DNA from: Bigelowiella natans CCMP2755
Lineage: Eukaryota > Protista > Cercozoa
Reading direction: 5' to 3'
DNA length: 53,101 nt
NCBI GenBank assembly: GCA_000320545.1
Contig: ADNK01000869.1
Span: forward strand, 1-53,101
Part shown: positions 1-14,742 of the stretch, one piece after another
Position numbering within the stretch: position 1 is the stretch's first letter
How the letters are laid out: each line of letters begins with the position of its first letter
Program-made: the position numbers and the translations under genes
The notes under the pieces: model-generated
What the model was told of the DNA's origin: nothing
The model's input: the letters and a program-made list of their open reading frames with translations, nothing else
The model's database searches: none

Positions 1-36
1 GCCAGATCTAGCACTTTCCCCACCATTCATCCCCCC

Positions 37-86
<50 letters not shown>

Positions 87-503
87 CACCTAATAAAAAA
101 GACAGTTTTGTGCCTCGGAGGAACTCGGGCACGCTGCAATATCATAGCGACACGTTCCCTACAAACAAACAACGAATAGACGAATACTTGAATCATTTAT
201 GCTGCTGTGCGTTGTATGGGATAAGAATGTGTAGTGGCATAACTGGCTTTCGTAATTATACAAACTTGTACGTAGTACATGCATCATACCCTTCACTTGG
301 CGATTTGAGCACGAGAGGGATAGACATCAGCTTCTCATCTTGCTGCGAATGCGAATTAGGAAGTATTAATCAAACAAACAAACAAACAACAGCCCTTGCT
401 TTTATCATCTATTACTAGTGGTATACTATTATACACCACAGAAAGATTGCGATGCAAAAGATTTCTCTTCCTCATCCTACTGTTGCTTCTTCTTCTTCTT
501 TTC

Positions 504-548
<45 letters not shown>

Positions 549-1700
549 CTTTCCTGCATTATTATTCTTATTCCCCTGAACGACGTCTATTATGCCAATT
601 CGACATACGTACACTACTACTACTACCCACCCGAATATCTTTCAGCGGTACTCGGGCTCTTGCTATTTCCTGGTCCTTTGAAAGGGAGACGGAAGAGGGA
701 GAAAATCAAGATAGCACTTTGCACACGATATTTATGATAATGTATAATCGTCAAGTGGTGGCGTCACCATCATTATCATCATGTTTCTTCATATATTTTA
801 TAGCTGTTAGTAATCGCGGAGCCCACTGCTACTACAACAACATCTACTACTACTACTACAACTACTATATATAACTAACTAACTAACTTAACCCACCCCC
901 ATCAGGTTGGACTTGGCGAATACTTGGAAAAACAGAACCGTATCCATACCTACGATATTCATCATCCGTAACAACAACAAGAATGTCTTTTTTATAATAA
1001 TAGTGCGTAGGAGCATTTGCAGTAACAAATGGGCGGTGAAAGTAGCATCATCATCATCATCAGCAGCAGCAGCAAATGGTCTCTTTTAGCACCTATCTTA
1101 AACTGCCTAGATAACTCTGGAAGCAGTACACGACGACAACAATTCCTGCAATTACAGAACAAGAGAGGAGGAAGAAGGAGCAATCAGAATGAGAGGAGAA
1201 CACATTCTTCGTATGAGAAGAGCTGGACCCCCCCCCCCCCCTTCCTTCTCTCTGCTTTCACACTCTTTTAAGACCAGGTTGGACGCTCGGTTTGCCTTTT
1301 CACCTAAGAAACAGCAGTAGTACTGTGATGGTTATGATGATAACGACAACGACGATGATGATGATGGCGATGATAATGACCCACTGTGAGGATTCAGTTC
1401 TGGCATTTATGCTTAATCAGACTGTCATCATCGAGCATATTATTGTTATTATTATTACTACTATTATCTTGATGAGAATAATAATACCGGAAAACAAACG
1501 TTTTCTGAAACCTGCACGAGCCCATGTCTATGGAGGGGGTGATCGGACAAACACAGTAGGAAGAAGTAGAAGAAGAAGAAGAAGAAGAAGAAGAAGAAGA
1601 AGAGAAGAAGAAGAAGAAGACGAGAAGAAGAGGAGTTAAGTTTTTGTATGCAGTTATCGTGATAGTAATCGAGTTATAGAGTCATGACGAAGATGGACGT

Positions 1701-1741
<41 letters not shown>

Positions 1742-3352
1742 ACACCATCATTCCATGAAAGAGGCGTAAGAAATAAACAACATGATTACTTGTTGCTGTT
1801 GTTGAGATGGCGTAGTATATGCTGCTGTGACGGCTTCACATACACGCAAGGCTTGATCACCTATGGATTTTATTAATGAAAATAATGAGAAGAGATCAAT
1901 TCGATGTGACATCGACGAAGGGCAATTCAGAGAATGCCACTCGTAGAAATCAGTGTTACAGCATCTTCCTGATACTGGCAGGTCTTTTGTCTGTCTTTGT
2001 GTTTATCATCTTATCCCTTGCTATCAGCGCATACTCCGGCTACTCCTACTACGCACGCTGCTGCTGCCGCTGGTGGTGGTGGTGGCGGTGAAATAACAAT
2101 CGATCTCAACTGCTATTATTACCACGTAGGTATCCATCGGCCTTGCGAAGGAGCTCAGCCGCATTAAACGAAGGTACCTTCACCATGTACGTGCATAAAT
2201 GACCATGATGGTAACAGCAGCTACTACGCATTTGTACGTATGTAAGCAACAGGTGCATATCTTACGAAGGCTTGAGTCTAATGCCCTCCACAAGGGGGTG
2301 GTTCTTTGTCTCTGAGAATAAGTAAATATCGAGAGGAGTGAGTGAATATCAATCTAAGACTCAACATCGACATATCAAATACTTCTGTTTATGATTGCAC
2401 TGCACGGTGTGATTTCTAATGTTGGTACTTAATGAAATTATGGTACTTGCAAACACCTTTTGTCAGCAGGGAGGAAGGAGATTTGACGGTCAGACTGAGT
2501 CTCTAATGATGATATTGATGAACGATGAAGATATCAATGAACGATGATGAGGTTTTCAGCGATTAGGAATGCAGGGCACACATGTGTGAAGCATCACTTA
2601 TTTATTCAATCATCATCACATCGTTGCATTGGGAAGTCAAAGAAGACACGTGGGATGGTGTACCACGGAGGTAGATAAAACTGAACATTCAGGATTTAAA
2701 GATAATGAGGCAAAAAGAGAGATGCTTTATTTCATGCAGTCATCAGTTTTTATATCAGGAAGATGGAAAAAGACTGCCGGTACGAACGACCAAACAGCAG
2801 CACACATTCTGCTCCACTATAATTTATACTACAAAAGTATGAGAGGATGATGATGATGATGATGATAATGATAATGATGAACTCGATTCTTATCTGTATG
2901 AATATACTTCGATAACAATGTTGTATGTGTCTAAGCAATTTTAGTGGACGACGAATCTTCTATTAGCATCCTTTGTGCATAAATAATTAAATAAATGAAT
3001 GTTTTATAGAAAGAAAATCACCCAAAATAACGCTGATTTCCCTCCTTCCTCAAAGATGACAATTTTACTTAATCATTATAACCCTCCTCCTACCCAATAT
3101 GACGCAGCATCATCAATGATAAGTAAAGCGCTACTACCCTCCATTCCTGCACTGCAACCCATTTTCGGAAGGCGCGGTTCATCCTCTTCTTGCCCCCCCC
3201 TCCAAAAACGTTGGGAAGATTAGATTTCTTCTTTTTCCTCTTCTTCCCCTCTTCTCTTGTTGCTACTGCTGCTGTCTCGAAATTCACAAATATCGGCTCT
3301 GGGACAAGAGACCACATTCTGGTAGTTGCATCACCGCTCTGTAATGATGATA

Positions 3353-3388
<36 letters not shown>

Positions 3389-6208
3389 GTCGTGGTGGTG
3401 GTGGTGGTGGTGGCATTGGTGCCTGTGTTGATGGTCCTGTGGATTGGAGCTCATTTCCTTGAATAAAGCTCTTTGTATGCTTTCCGATCTCTGTGAGAAT
3501 GGAACCGAGTTTGGTAAGCTTACGTTTGTTGGGAGTAGTCGCGGTACTGCTCTCCTCCTCCTCCTCCTCCTCTTCTACTGCTGCTAGCTGTCTTCCTCTG
3601 AGACCCATCATCAGGCTGCTACTACTTTTAGTTTCTACATCATATTTTTGGCGGTGCTGATGCTGCAGCAGCTGTTTGAGCAAGCGCCGTTTAGCTCCAA
3701 AACTAGTGCTGTTTGTCTTCTTCGTCGCATTTCTCGTCTTTGCTGCTACAGGGGCGCTGGCCAATCTTGGCCGTTGCTGCTGCTTCTTTGATAGAGAGGA
3801 GGAGGAGGAGGAGGAGGAGGAGGAGGAGGAGGAGGGCCGAATTTGCCGCTTACTGCTGGCACTGTAGCTAGGTACCGTGCCTCCTCTCCCCCTTCTACAG
3901 GGCGGTGGGTATGGTGGGGGAGGGGGGTGGTAGCGGGTCATCGTCGGCATCGTCCAAGATTTTTTCAGCCCCATTATCATCATGATCATATGTGTTTGGA
4001 TTGCTGCGTATAGCTGTCATCTTGTCTTCCTTCTCGAATATTTAACCCAGTGCGGTATTCCACCCCCCCCCCCCCCCCCCCCCCCGCCCGTTGTAACGAC
4101 CATTTCATTTATTTCACCACAGTCCAATCCCCATGCATTGATAAGATGAAAATATGTAAACGACAAATGAATCCCGAGGGGAAGCACAGATAAATTGTAA
4201 TATATAATGCAAGAAGAAGAGATAAAGGTGAGTAGGTAAAGAACAATTATTATTATGCATGACACGTTCCACCATTGAGGACGTAACGTTGAGTGTTGCC
4301 CAACAAAAAATATTTCCAACAATCGCCCACACAAGTAAAACACACACACACACACACAGACACAGACGACACAGATATGATTTGATGCCTCATTATTGAC
4401 TTCACTTGCTGCTGCTACTACTACACTGGTACTATACCGTTGAGAATCTCGTGATGGCCTTTATAACCTCCATCCCCGCGCCCGCAGTAATTTGCTGTAA
4501 AACAAGAATGAAAAGAAAGCAACAGAGATTTGCTTTACATAATACAGTGTTCAATCATCACGATGCAATTTACACGGGGTAGACCCCTGTGCGCGATTAG
4601 CAAAAAACAACCCTATCACGGCACCAACTTGCTTTTTTCCACGGATATTTAGCGAATTAAAGCTTTATGCTGCTGATGCTAGTGGTGGTGGTGGTGGTGG
4701 TGGGATGATGTAGTTGTAATAATACCACGGGTTCGCAAAGCTTGTTGAAGGCCTCTCCCCCACTTCCTCCTCCTCCTCCTCCTCCTCCGTCGTGCTTGGA
4801 CTGTCCTTCCCCTGCTCCCTCATTTTTCGACTGGTCGGAAACAAAAAGAAGGCACGAGGAGACCATTGCAATTATCATTAATATTACTGTTTCTTCTTCT
4901 GTTGTTGTTGTTGATGATGATGATGTTGATGATGATTACCATTTGCGTCCTTTTATACGACAATTACAATATGAGCATTATCATCCATATATCATGAGTC
5001 TATAATCTAAATAAGTCAACTGCTGCTGCTACTATTTCTACTACTACTACTACTACTACTACTACTTACTACCCATGATTCTAGACCAGGGACCCCTGCC
5101 GTCTTCGCAAGGGCAGCGAGTCGAGATATTTCCTGGCGAGGGTGGTGGTGACGATGACGGAAAAGAAGATGATGATAGTTCAAATACAGCAAATAATTTT
5201 CTGAGACAGCTATCACAGGAGGAAAATACCGTTTGCAACTACTTTATTACCTGGTCATCAATCTTTAACGTCTGGATAGAACCTGCACAGCGTATGGAGG
5301 AGACGAGCACCGGAAGAAATGAAGGAAAAGACAAGCAATTACAACATCTTCAGATCAAGCATATCGCTTTCTTCCACCACAGAAGCTCAAAGTCTTTCTC
5401 AATAAGAACACACCGAAGAATTCGACATGATGACAGTTGTATTGACTTCTTCTTCTTACTCCTCCTCCTCCTCCCACCTTTGAGCATATCCGAGTCCTTT
5501 GTCCACAAGTAACGACACACCAGGTTCTTCGGTTTGATGTACTTAAACTTCGCGACTATGCCTTCAAACTAGATGATGTTCAAGGAGGAAGAGAAGGAGG
5601 AGGAGGAGGAGGAGGAGGAGGAGGAGGAGATGGTGGTGGTGGTAGAGGAGGAGAGGGGGAGTGAGAATAATAAATTGATTATCAAAAAAGTTTCGTGATG
5701 TTAGAAACCTCTGTCCCCAGCCAAGATCCAAGCTTCCCATCTGCAGTAAGCTAACAATATGACAGGGAACAACAGCAGCAGAGGGAGAGAGACATCCCAT
5801 TATCAAGTTGTCAACGATGAGTCGTACCTCCACAAGATACACACTTGTCCTCTCTCTCTTTCTCTCCCTCTCCCTTTATGTTTGCTACCCGGTACACATA
5901 TACTGCAGATGATGAGCCTTCCTTAAGCTTGCTAGATTCTGCAGTCACAAACATATTAGCATGCTTATTTGCATTTTTACTTGTGATGTCATTTCTTCGA
6001 GTATATTAATCTATAAACAGACTCGGATTTCACACATAACACATATTGCATTTTAGAAAATCATATCAGCGGTACTTCCATCGTTTGAAAATATAATGGA
6101 CTGAGCATCCCTCTCGTGCAACTCCTGACAAACAAGAATTAATAATCTCACCGGGATTCCTATTTTAAGGCCTCGAATATGGGGGTATTTCGTATGGTTG
6201 TCCGGCAT
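1..6208 (-). CDS. Long multi-exon gene of unknown function; 3' end not resolved
   Basis: Phase-consistent GT-AG exons from ATG 6208 give MPDNHTKYPHIRGLKIGIP|ELHERDAQSIIFSNDG|KSSKLKEGSSSAVYVYR|DKCVSCG|DGKLGSWLGTE|FEGIVAKFKYIKPKNL. Later exons include SIQTLKIDDQ|EISRLAALAKTAGVPGLESW, a low-complexity exon within 3090-3989, FYLPPWYTIPRVFFDFPMQR and ETKNHPLVEGIRLKP. No recognised domain; could be more than one gene. Confidence 0.5.
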
Positions 6209-6532
6209 ATATACACCACATGATTTTATTAAACAATGTTCCTCACCGAATCAGTGGAATGATCGAGGTGTGGTATGAACTTCATTAGGTTCTGGGCATA
6301 TCTGCGTTATTAATATTATTAATAATAGAGCAATAGAGGCCACAATGTGAAGAATTAATGACATGAATCAATGATGACAAATCCAAATCATTTGATGCTA
6401 ATTTATGAAAACAAAATCCAAGTAATGATATGGGAAAATGAGCGTTCAGACATTCAATTACGTATGAACTGTCCGGCCATATACACCCCAAAAACCAACA
6501 AATTCAGGAATGAATGTTAGAGCTTATGAGAA

Positions 6533-7460
6533 TTACACAGTATGACGTCGTCCATCGTTGACACCTCCTCTCATGGTGCGCCTCGGCAGGGTACCACTTT
6601 TTTTCTTCCCCGGCGCTGCTCGATTTGAGGGATCCCTTGCTTTCAACTCCGCATTCAAGAACTTCTTGCCGCGAGCTGGAAGAGGAGGAGGCGCTTCCAC
6701 TGACGGAGGTGAACTTCCAGGTGGTGGCGGACGTCTTGTTGGCAGTGGTGGAGGCTCCTTAGAACGCAGCGCACCAGGGCCACTGGGGTGCCCCTCATCC
6801 ATCTGTTCTTAATTAAGTTATCGATGGACGGAAACAACCGAGATCTTCCTATTTCCAATTAAAAGATGCATTGAAAACACATTTTTGATTTCTTTGAAGA
6901 CCACATTCATTGAGCAATATGCTAACTTGAAAACGATGAGGACTTCGTGTCTTCTCCCACGCTCTTCTCACCCACCTGAGTTGCTCTCGTACACCTTGTG
7001 CTGGCGCTCGTGTTTAAGCTTCTTTCAGACACATTTCCAGTTTCGGATGTTAAAAAACAAAAAAAGGATGCGTTTTATTACTACGTCAGTAAAAAATAAA
7101 CTCGTTTCCGGATTTTAACGTCTCCATGTGAGAGCACCGAAACGGGCTTGGGAGCGACAGCCATCTTATCGTAGATCCACTAAATCTATCTTACGTCTTG
7201 ATATTCTCGATGTCGTAAGTGCAATATCTCATTATATTCCTGGCCACTTAAACGTCTTACCGACACCTGAACAAGATTTCGGAGACAATGGGCGTAATAC
7301 ATTTTCATACTGCGACAATGATAACAAATCTTGTCGCTTCGATTTTCAGTGTTGGTAGCAGAGTATGCAAGTTAAATTCAGACCACTCGCGACACGCTAC
7401 TTCAAATCCTCCGAGTCGAGGATCTCTTTCAATCGAAATTAGACGATGTGGACTGCATTT
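6533..7460 (-). CDS. Small multi-exon gene with proline-rich C-terminus (PxxPxR motifs)
   Basis: Terminal ORF 6533-6802 contains PPPLPTRRPPPP and PPPLPAR and is not microsatellite-derived. Candidate upstream exons are VSVRRLSGQEYNEILHLRHREYQD and KKLKHERQHKVYESNS. Start uncertain. Confidence 0.4.
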
Positions 7461-7723
7461 TCAAGAGAGTGCCCCAGCGTTTAGGAATTTCGGTCCAAAT
7501 CAAACATACGGTTTCATATGTGCGAGACTGAATTTATCATGTTATATACATAGAACAGTTGTTCTGGAACATTGTGTAGTTTGGGATAAAAAAGAGGCAA
7601 TTTTTTAATAAAATCATTGTCGTTTGGAGGAAATTGAAGGGGCGAAATAAGGCTCCTTCCGATTCCGAACTATGAGAAGCCGTCGACAAGCAGCCAACGT
7701 GCACTCCAGCCCCACCTCTCAGT

Positions 7724-9985
<2,262 letters not shown>

Positions 9986-10059
9986 GTGCAATGGTAGTGT
10001 TGATTTACAGTCTCTACCCAAATCACCTAGCTACTCTTAGATGTTCATCCGAAGCCGAT

Positions 10060-10176
10060 GACAGAATGAACCGATGCTAGAAGTACATTTAAGCTATGTT
10101 TCTTTTTCGATCACAATCCACAGGCGTTAAAGACGTGACTGTCCGTCATGAATGCACACTCTCTCCGTCATGAATG

Positions 10177-10231
<55 letters not shown>

Positions 10232-10440
10232 GCACACACACATTCACATGCTCTCTAGCACATGCACATATGGACATAAGCCAGCCAGCTAGCGTACGTG
10301 GTGAGAGATTGCATCTAATTTGTGTTGAACATGAGTACTGAACATGTGTCTAGTATGTGTGCCGTGGCCGCAAGTGCAAATTGTGTTGCTTGCCAAGGTG
10401 TGCACATTTGCACTGTAGCATGCGTGCATTGTAGCGGATA
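10060..10440. repeat. Junction tract 1 (kelch/SGNH): CTAG/TGCA/CATG-rich, with (CT)n(CA)n and a 22-bp-period duplication
   Basis: tccgtcatgaatgcac occurs at 10142 and 10164; dense 4-bp palindromes. Confidence 0.5.
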
Positions 10441-12010
10441 ATGTGATCATTGTGTTTTGCAAAATCATTGCTATGGCTATCAATTCGAGTCTTTTTCTCT
10501 GCCTTCCGTATCACCTTCATCATTTCATCTGCGAAGAGGCCTTGTGCAATAGCGGTGGGATGTAGACCATCCAGTGAAAACAGCCCGCCTTTCTTGACCC
10601 GATACCCATTGGCACTCCACGAGAACCAGCGCTTCCACCATGGCAACCTCTCGGTCTCGTACAAACGCGTGTCAGGTATGAAATCATTGCCCAATGATGA
10701 TAAGATTGCCTCTGTGGCTCCTTTGGGCCAGACGTAGGTGGGTTTTCCGTTGTTCCGAAGGTATGCGAGCTTGTTGAGCTCGCCAGCGATATCAACGAGA
10801 TGAAAATTTGACCGGGATGAAACGATGCTCTTTATATGTTTATTATATCCTTGGATTTGTCTGTCGACGAATCTGGCCTGTTCCATAGTTATAGTTGATG
10901 CCACCTTGGGCGAAGTGGCAAAAAAATAGCCGTAGGTGTCGAAGTAGTATGTTCCATCCTGCTGCCTTTTTGGCTAATCATGATGCACAGTGCACCCGTT
11001 ATTGTCAAAACAATAAATTACTCTGATGGCCATCAAATATGATTAGTAACAAGTAGTAGTGGCAGTAGTATTAAGCAGTGTGCATATATGTGTCTGTGAG
11101 TGTGTGTGTGAGTTTGTGAATTTGTGAACAACCTCCCCAAAGCCTTTGAGGTACGGTGCGATGGTTAATTCAGGTACGGTGACGAGATAAACTTTATAAT
11201 CTCTGTAACGATTATGCGCTAGGGCAACATCTAGCCGTTGTATCAGCGCAGAGAAATCAGATTTAAACGACTCCACAGAGTATAGCACTGCTTTTTGGTC
11301 AAAGCCAGGGATGTTGGTAGGCTCTGTATCAGTTCTGAACAATACGAAACAAGCACGTCAACGTATCACAGTTGTTTCTTGGATGAACTCTTGAGGAATG
11401 CGCAATCAATTGTAGCTTAAGCATAAGTCATGCTGTCCACGGTTGTAGCATCGATATCTCAGCGTTCATTGTAGCAACTCATATTCATCAGACACCGATA
11501 AAGTATTGCTACAGCTACTACGTCGACTGCTACTACCTGAAAAGAGGTGGAGATTGAAAATCAAGGTTAAGATCGACCAGAGAACTAAGTGCATTGTTTG
11601 ATCCAAGCCATATGACGATGTGCTCCACACCCTTAGATTCAGCATAAAAACTGAGCCAATCGAGCTGGGTCATATTGCCAAAGTCAAAGGATGACGACAA
11701 AGAGGAAAGTTGTTGTGGTTGTGGTTTCCAATTTGGTTTAGGCCTTAGCACACGAAGAGCATTTCTGCATTCCCAATCGCTGGAAAATGTCCACCCATCC
11801 GTTGATGCTTCTTCAGAATTTCGAATCCTCTCCAGACAGCCCTTTGGCGAAACATTCCACGCATCCGCGACTCGAAATCCAGATACACCTAGCTAATGTC
11901 CAGCAAGAAAGGGAACTTAATGTATTTGGGCAAAATTTTCACATCTTTGATCGTGCCGCCCTTCGTGTACATGGTGTGTCACACGGCGGCACCGTTCGCG
12001 CGCGCGAACC

Positions 12011-12046
<36 letters not shown>

Positions 12047-12058
12047 AAATTTATAAAA

Positions 12059-12090
<32 letters not shown>

Positions 12091-12709
12091 GCCACCGACG
12101 TTGTGATAATAGTTCGGGCCCTCAATCGGATTCTCTGGCCTCCCAGCCCCCCTTTCGTAGAAATCCTCTGAAGCGTCCAATTCGGAGTAAAGAATCCCAA
12201 TTGCAACAAGCATGTCAAAAGCATGACTTAATTTTGGACCGGTCTAGTTGGAAAGGATTGCACATAAGTAATTCCGATGGCACGTTGATTATCAAGAATC
12301 AAAGGACCTTTCTCTCAACCTCCCGAAGCAAGTCCTCAACGTTGAAAGGGAGCGGAAACAGAGGGTCCTTGGGTCTCTTGTACCCGTCGATTCGTAGAGC
12401 ATCAGCCAGCAGAGTCGGATAGCATGTCTCATAACGAGCTGATGTCAGCACAATGTATGCAATCATGCACATGAGAATTTTTGCGTTCGGGTACACATGA
12501 AAAATGCTCCTGTGACCTGCTCCTCCAGAGGCTACTCCTTGTGTTAGGGAGTCTCCGATAGTAACAAGCTTGATGGACTGCATTGCCATGCCACATCGGG
12601 TGTCATCATCAGTTGGAGACTGGGCAACATCCTGCTTCAGCAAGAACGGGGAAGACGAGACCGGCAACAGAAACAGAAAGAGGATAACCATTTCAATAAT
12701 TGCAACCAT
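10350..12709 (-). CDS. Secreted SGNH/GDSL hydrolase of bacterial type
   Basis: Hydrophobic signal peptide MVAIIEMVILFLFLLPVSS; block I LVTIGDSLTQG; block II HN|LGVSG; block III IWLGSNN; VTVPELTIAP; block V GGLFSLDGLHPT. Several GT-AG introns. Confidence 0.88.
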
Positions 12710-12767
12710 TAAAGCGTGACCGCCAAAGATTATGGGTTTTGATGGATGGCCTCTACCTTCTAATCGG

Positions 12768-12829
12768 TGACACCCGATGACGCCTGATCAAACTGATGAT
12801 GACATCCTTATGACGCCCTCTTTGACACC
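12768..12829. promoter_or_regulatory. Cluster of five TGACRYC boxes upstream of the SGNH gene
   Basis: TGACACC 12768, TGACGCC 12778, TGACATC 12800, TGACGCC 12811, TGACACC 12823, lying 60-120 bp upstream of ATG 12709 in a divergent intergenic region. Function inferred. Confidence 0.4.
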
Positions 12830-13395
12830 TGAATTTTCCGCGTGCATGGATCAATTTAGTTTCTGCGACAACATAGTCCGCTCTGATTGAGAAGGATTTC
12901 GATGGGGATTTTCGAAATGATGATCATGATAAGAAATTACAAGCACTAACTTGGAAGTGGGAGAGTCTAGGTCCGATGCCCTGTGTTCAAATGTGCATTG
13001 GGCGTTGTGCTTCTACGACAATGGGAATTCGACATAGAACAAGAAGACATGGCCACTCAAGGTTTACTTTTTGGCTCTCAACCTCGGCTTTTCCTCTTGA
13101 GAAGCTCTTCCCGAGCACTGATTGGTCTGTTGTCTTAGGATCAAAATGGCCTTCTTTTCATGTGTCTTGGGGTCAAAAGCAACGGGTTTTGGACAAAAGC
13201 TTTCTGTCTATCTCCCCCAGATTAACATTTCCTAGGAAGCACAGAGAATGAAGTACCCTTGGCTTGCCAGTGGTCCTGCCTATTTCATTTGGATGGAAAA
13301 CGATTGAACATATTTCTTCTTTCCAGATGTAGTAAAGCTCTTCATTCTCTTCTTCATGCTGGTGAGTTAAGAACGATCGATTACAGTTGATTTTC

Positions 13396-13728
13396 AGAAA
13401 ACTAACGGTGTTGATGTGGTCATTGCCTCTCATCTGGGTTGCAATCAGTATTGCAATTATCTCAAGTTTTGTTCCACTTGTGCAAAGTGAAGAAAGGTAC
13501 AGCGAAGTGATTGAATCAGAAGCTAGGGGTGGGTATCGTTTTTCATCCGACTTGTGCTGAAAAGAAAACTAACGGTGTTGATGTGGTCATTGCCTCTCAT
13601 CTGGGTTGCAATCAGTATTGCAATTATCTCAAGTTTTGTTCCACTTGTGCAAAGTGAAGAAAGGTACAGCGAAGTGATTGAATCAGAAGCTAGGGTATAA
13701 GGGGTGGGTATCGTTTTTCATCCGACTT
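13396..13728. repeat. Direct tandem duplication (158 bp and 166 bp, 9-bp spacer)
   Basis: 13396-13553 and 13563-13728 are identical apart from an extra agggtata in copy 2. Confidence 0.95.
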
Positions 13729-13999
13729 AGGGATTTACATAACTATAGTTCTTGGAATCTACTTTCAATACTATGCGCATGTCCCATTGCACCCGTGGCT
13801 GCAAAATCATTTTAGTTTGTTTTTGAATGTGTTGGAAAATGTATTGTGTTGTGTCTGCATAAGTTGGGTGAAACAAGTAAATCATTGCCAAAAAGAAGGT
13901 GGAAATTCTTCCCGCAGCGATAGGTTAGACCATAGTGACAAATTAGATAAAAAATCTGAAATCATGAGGATGGAAGCTTGTTCCAAAATTAACCATTGA
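13396..13999 (+). pseudogene. Disrupted 3' fragment of a paralog of the 50257-51699 membrane-protein gene
   Basis: Joining repeat copy 1 to the sequence after copy 2 reads RKLTVLMWSLPLIWVAISIAIISSFVPLVQSEERYSEVIESEARGGYRFSSDLGIYITIVLGIYFQYYAHVP. This matches RKIYRLV..YSE..YDPVEDVIRYLVIFVNFYFQYY at the end of the 51.7 kb gene. Copy 1 runs into TGA; copy 2 has an 8-bp insertion creating TAA. Confidence 0.7.
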
Positions 14000-14029
14000 A
14001 CTAAGTCATCAAATTTGATTGATTCTTGG

Positions 14030-14520
14030 AGTCGCCTAGAAATGCAATGATAGTAGACAACGTAACATACTAGCATGGATCGCGCTGCTGGCGCTAGCAC
14101 TCCCTTAATCCCAGAAGGCCAGAAGGCCCTAGTGGTCTAGTGGTGCATGCAGCATGGTTGACCCAGCCACCATCGCATTCCAGCTGCTCTTTAGGTGCAG
14201 CTCTAGAGCTAGCTAAGATCCATCTCATGAAGCTATGCATTTTTCCAGATGTGTTAGTTGTGCGTGCGATCGATGTAATGCATGAAATTGCTGAGCACTA
14301 GCTAGCTAGAGCAGTTAGATCCACATTGTTCTCCACATGTCTAGATAACTAGATGTTTTGCACTAGCTAGCTAGCTTGTGCACATAGCTAGGTAGCAGGT
14401 TGAATGAGGCGAGAAGCAATCCATGTGAATTCATAGACAAACATCTAGGTATGCTCATTCTACGTTCTGACGTATGAGTTGGATGACATGATTGTCATGT
14501 TTAGATCGACACATTTCCTA
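14030..14520. repeat. Junction tract 2 (membrane-protein fragment/RDD)
   Basis: gcactagctagctag occurs twice; dense AGCT/CTAG/TGCA/CATG; non-coding. Confidence 0.55.
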
Positions 14521-14742
14521 AGATGATGCATCTCCTACTGCTACACTATTAAATTGGGAAGTCTTCCCTTCTCTAGCATTTAGACTTTCGTAACATGAGG
14601 CGTAAGGTCAGTTTCATGTTGTTTCTACACAAAAGTGATAAGTTTTAGTTAAATCACACGCTCAAACCCGTTCGAGTTTTCAGATGATTCATCATTATTA
14701 AAACCCCAAGTTCGCATTTACTGTTCTTCATATATCTAGATG

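Noticed and set aside
356-1639. Numerous ORFs with poly-RE, poly-SL, poly-R, poly-Y or poly-HT runs here and elsewhere
   Set aside because: They are translations of intronic microsatellites.
4575-4612. LIAHRG on the minus strand resembling a glycerophosphodiester phosphodiesterase motif
   Set aside because: No following PENT or ExD motifs in adjacent exons; likely chance.
13414-13495. MWSLPLIWVAISIAIISSFVPLVQS as the signal peptide of a new secreted protein
   Set aside because: Better explained as an internal TM helix, given its homology to the C-terminus of the 50-51 kb gene.
13396-13728. Direct repeats as LTRs or a CRISPR-like array
   Set aside because: Only two adjacent copies of coding-derived sequence, with no internal element and no spacers.
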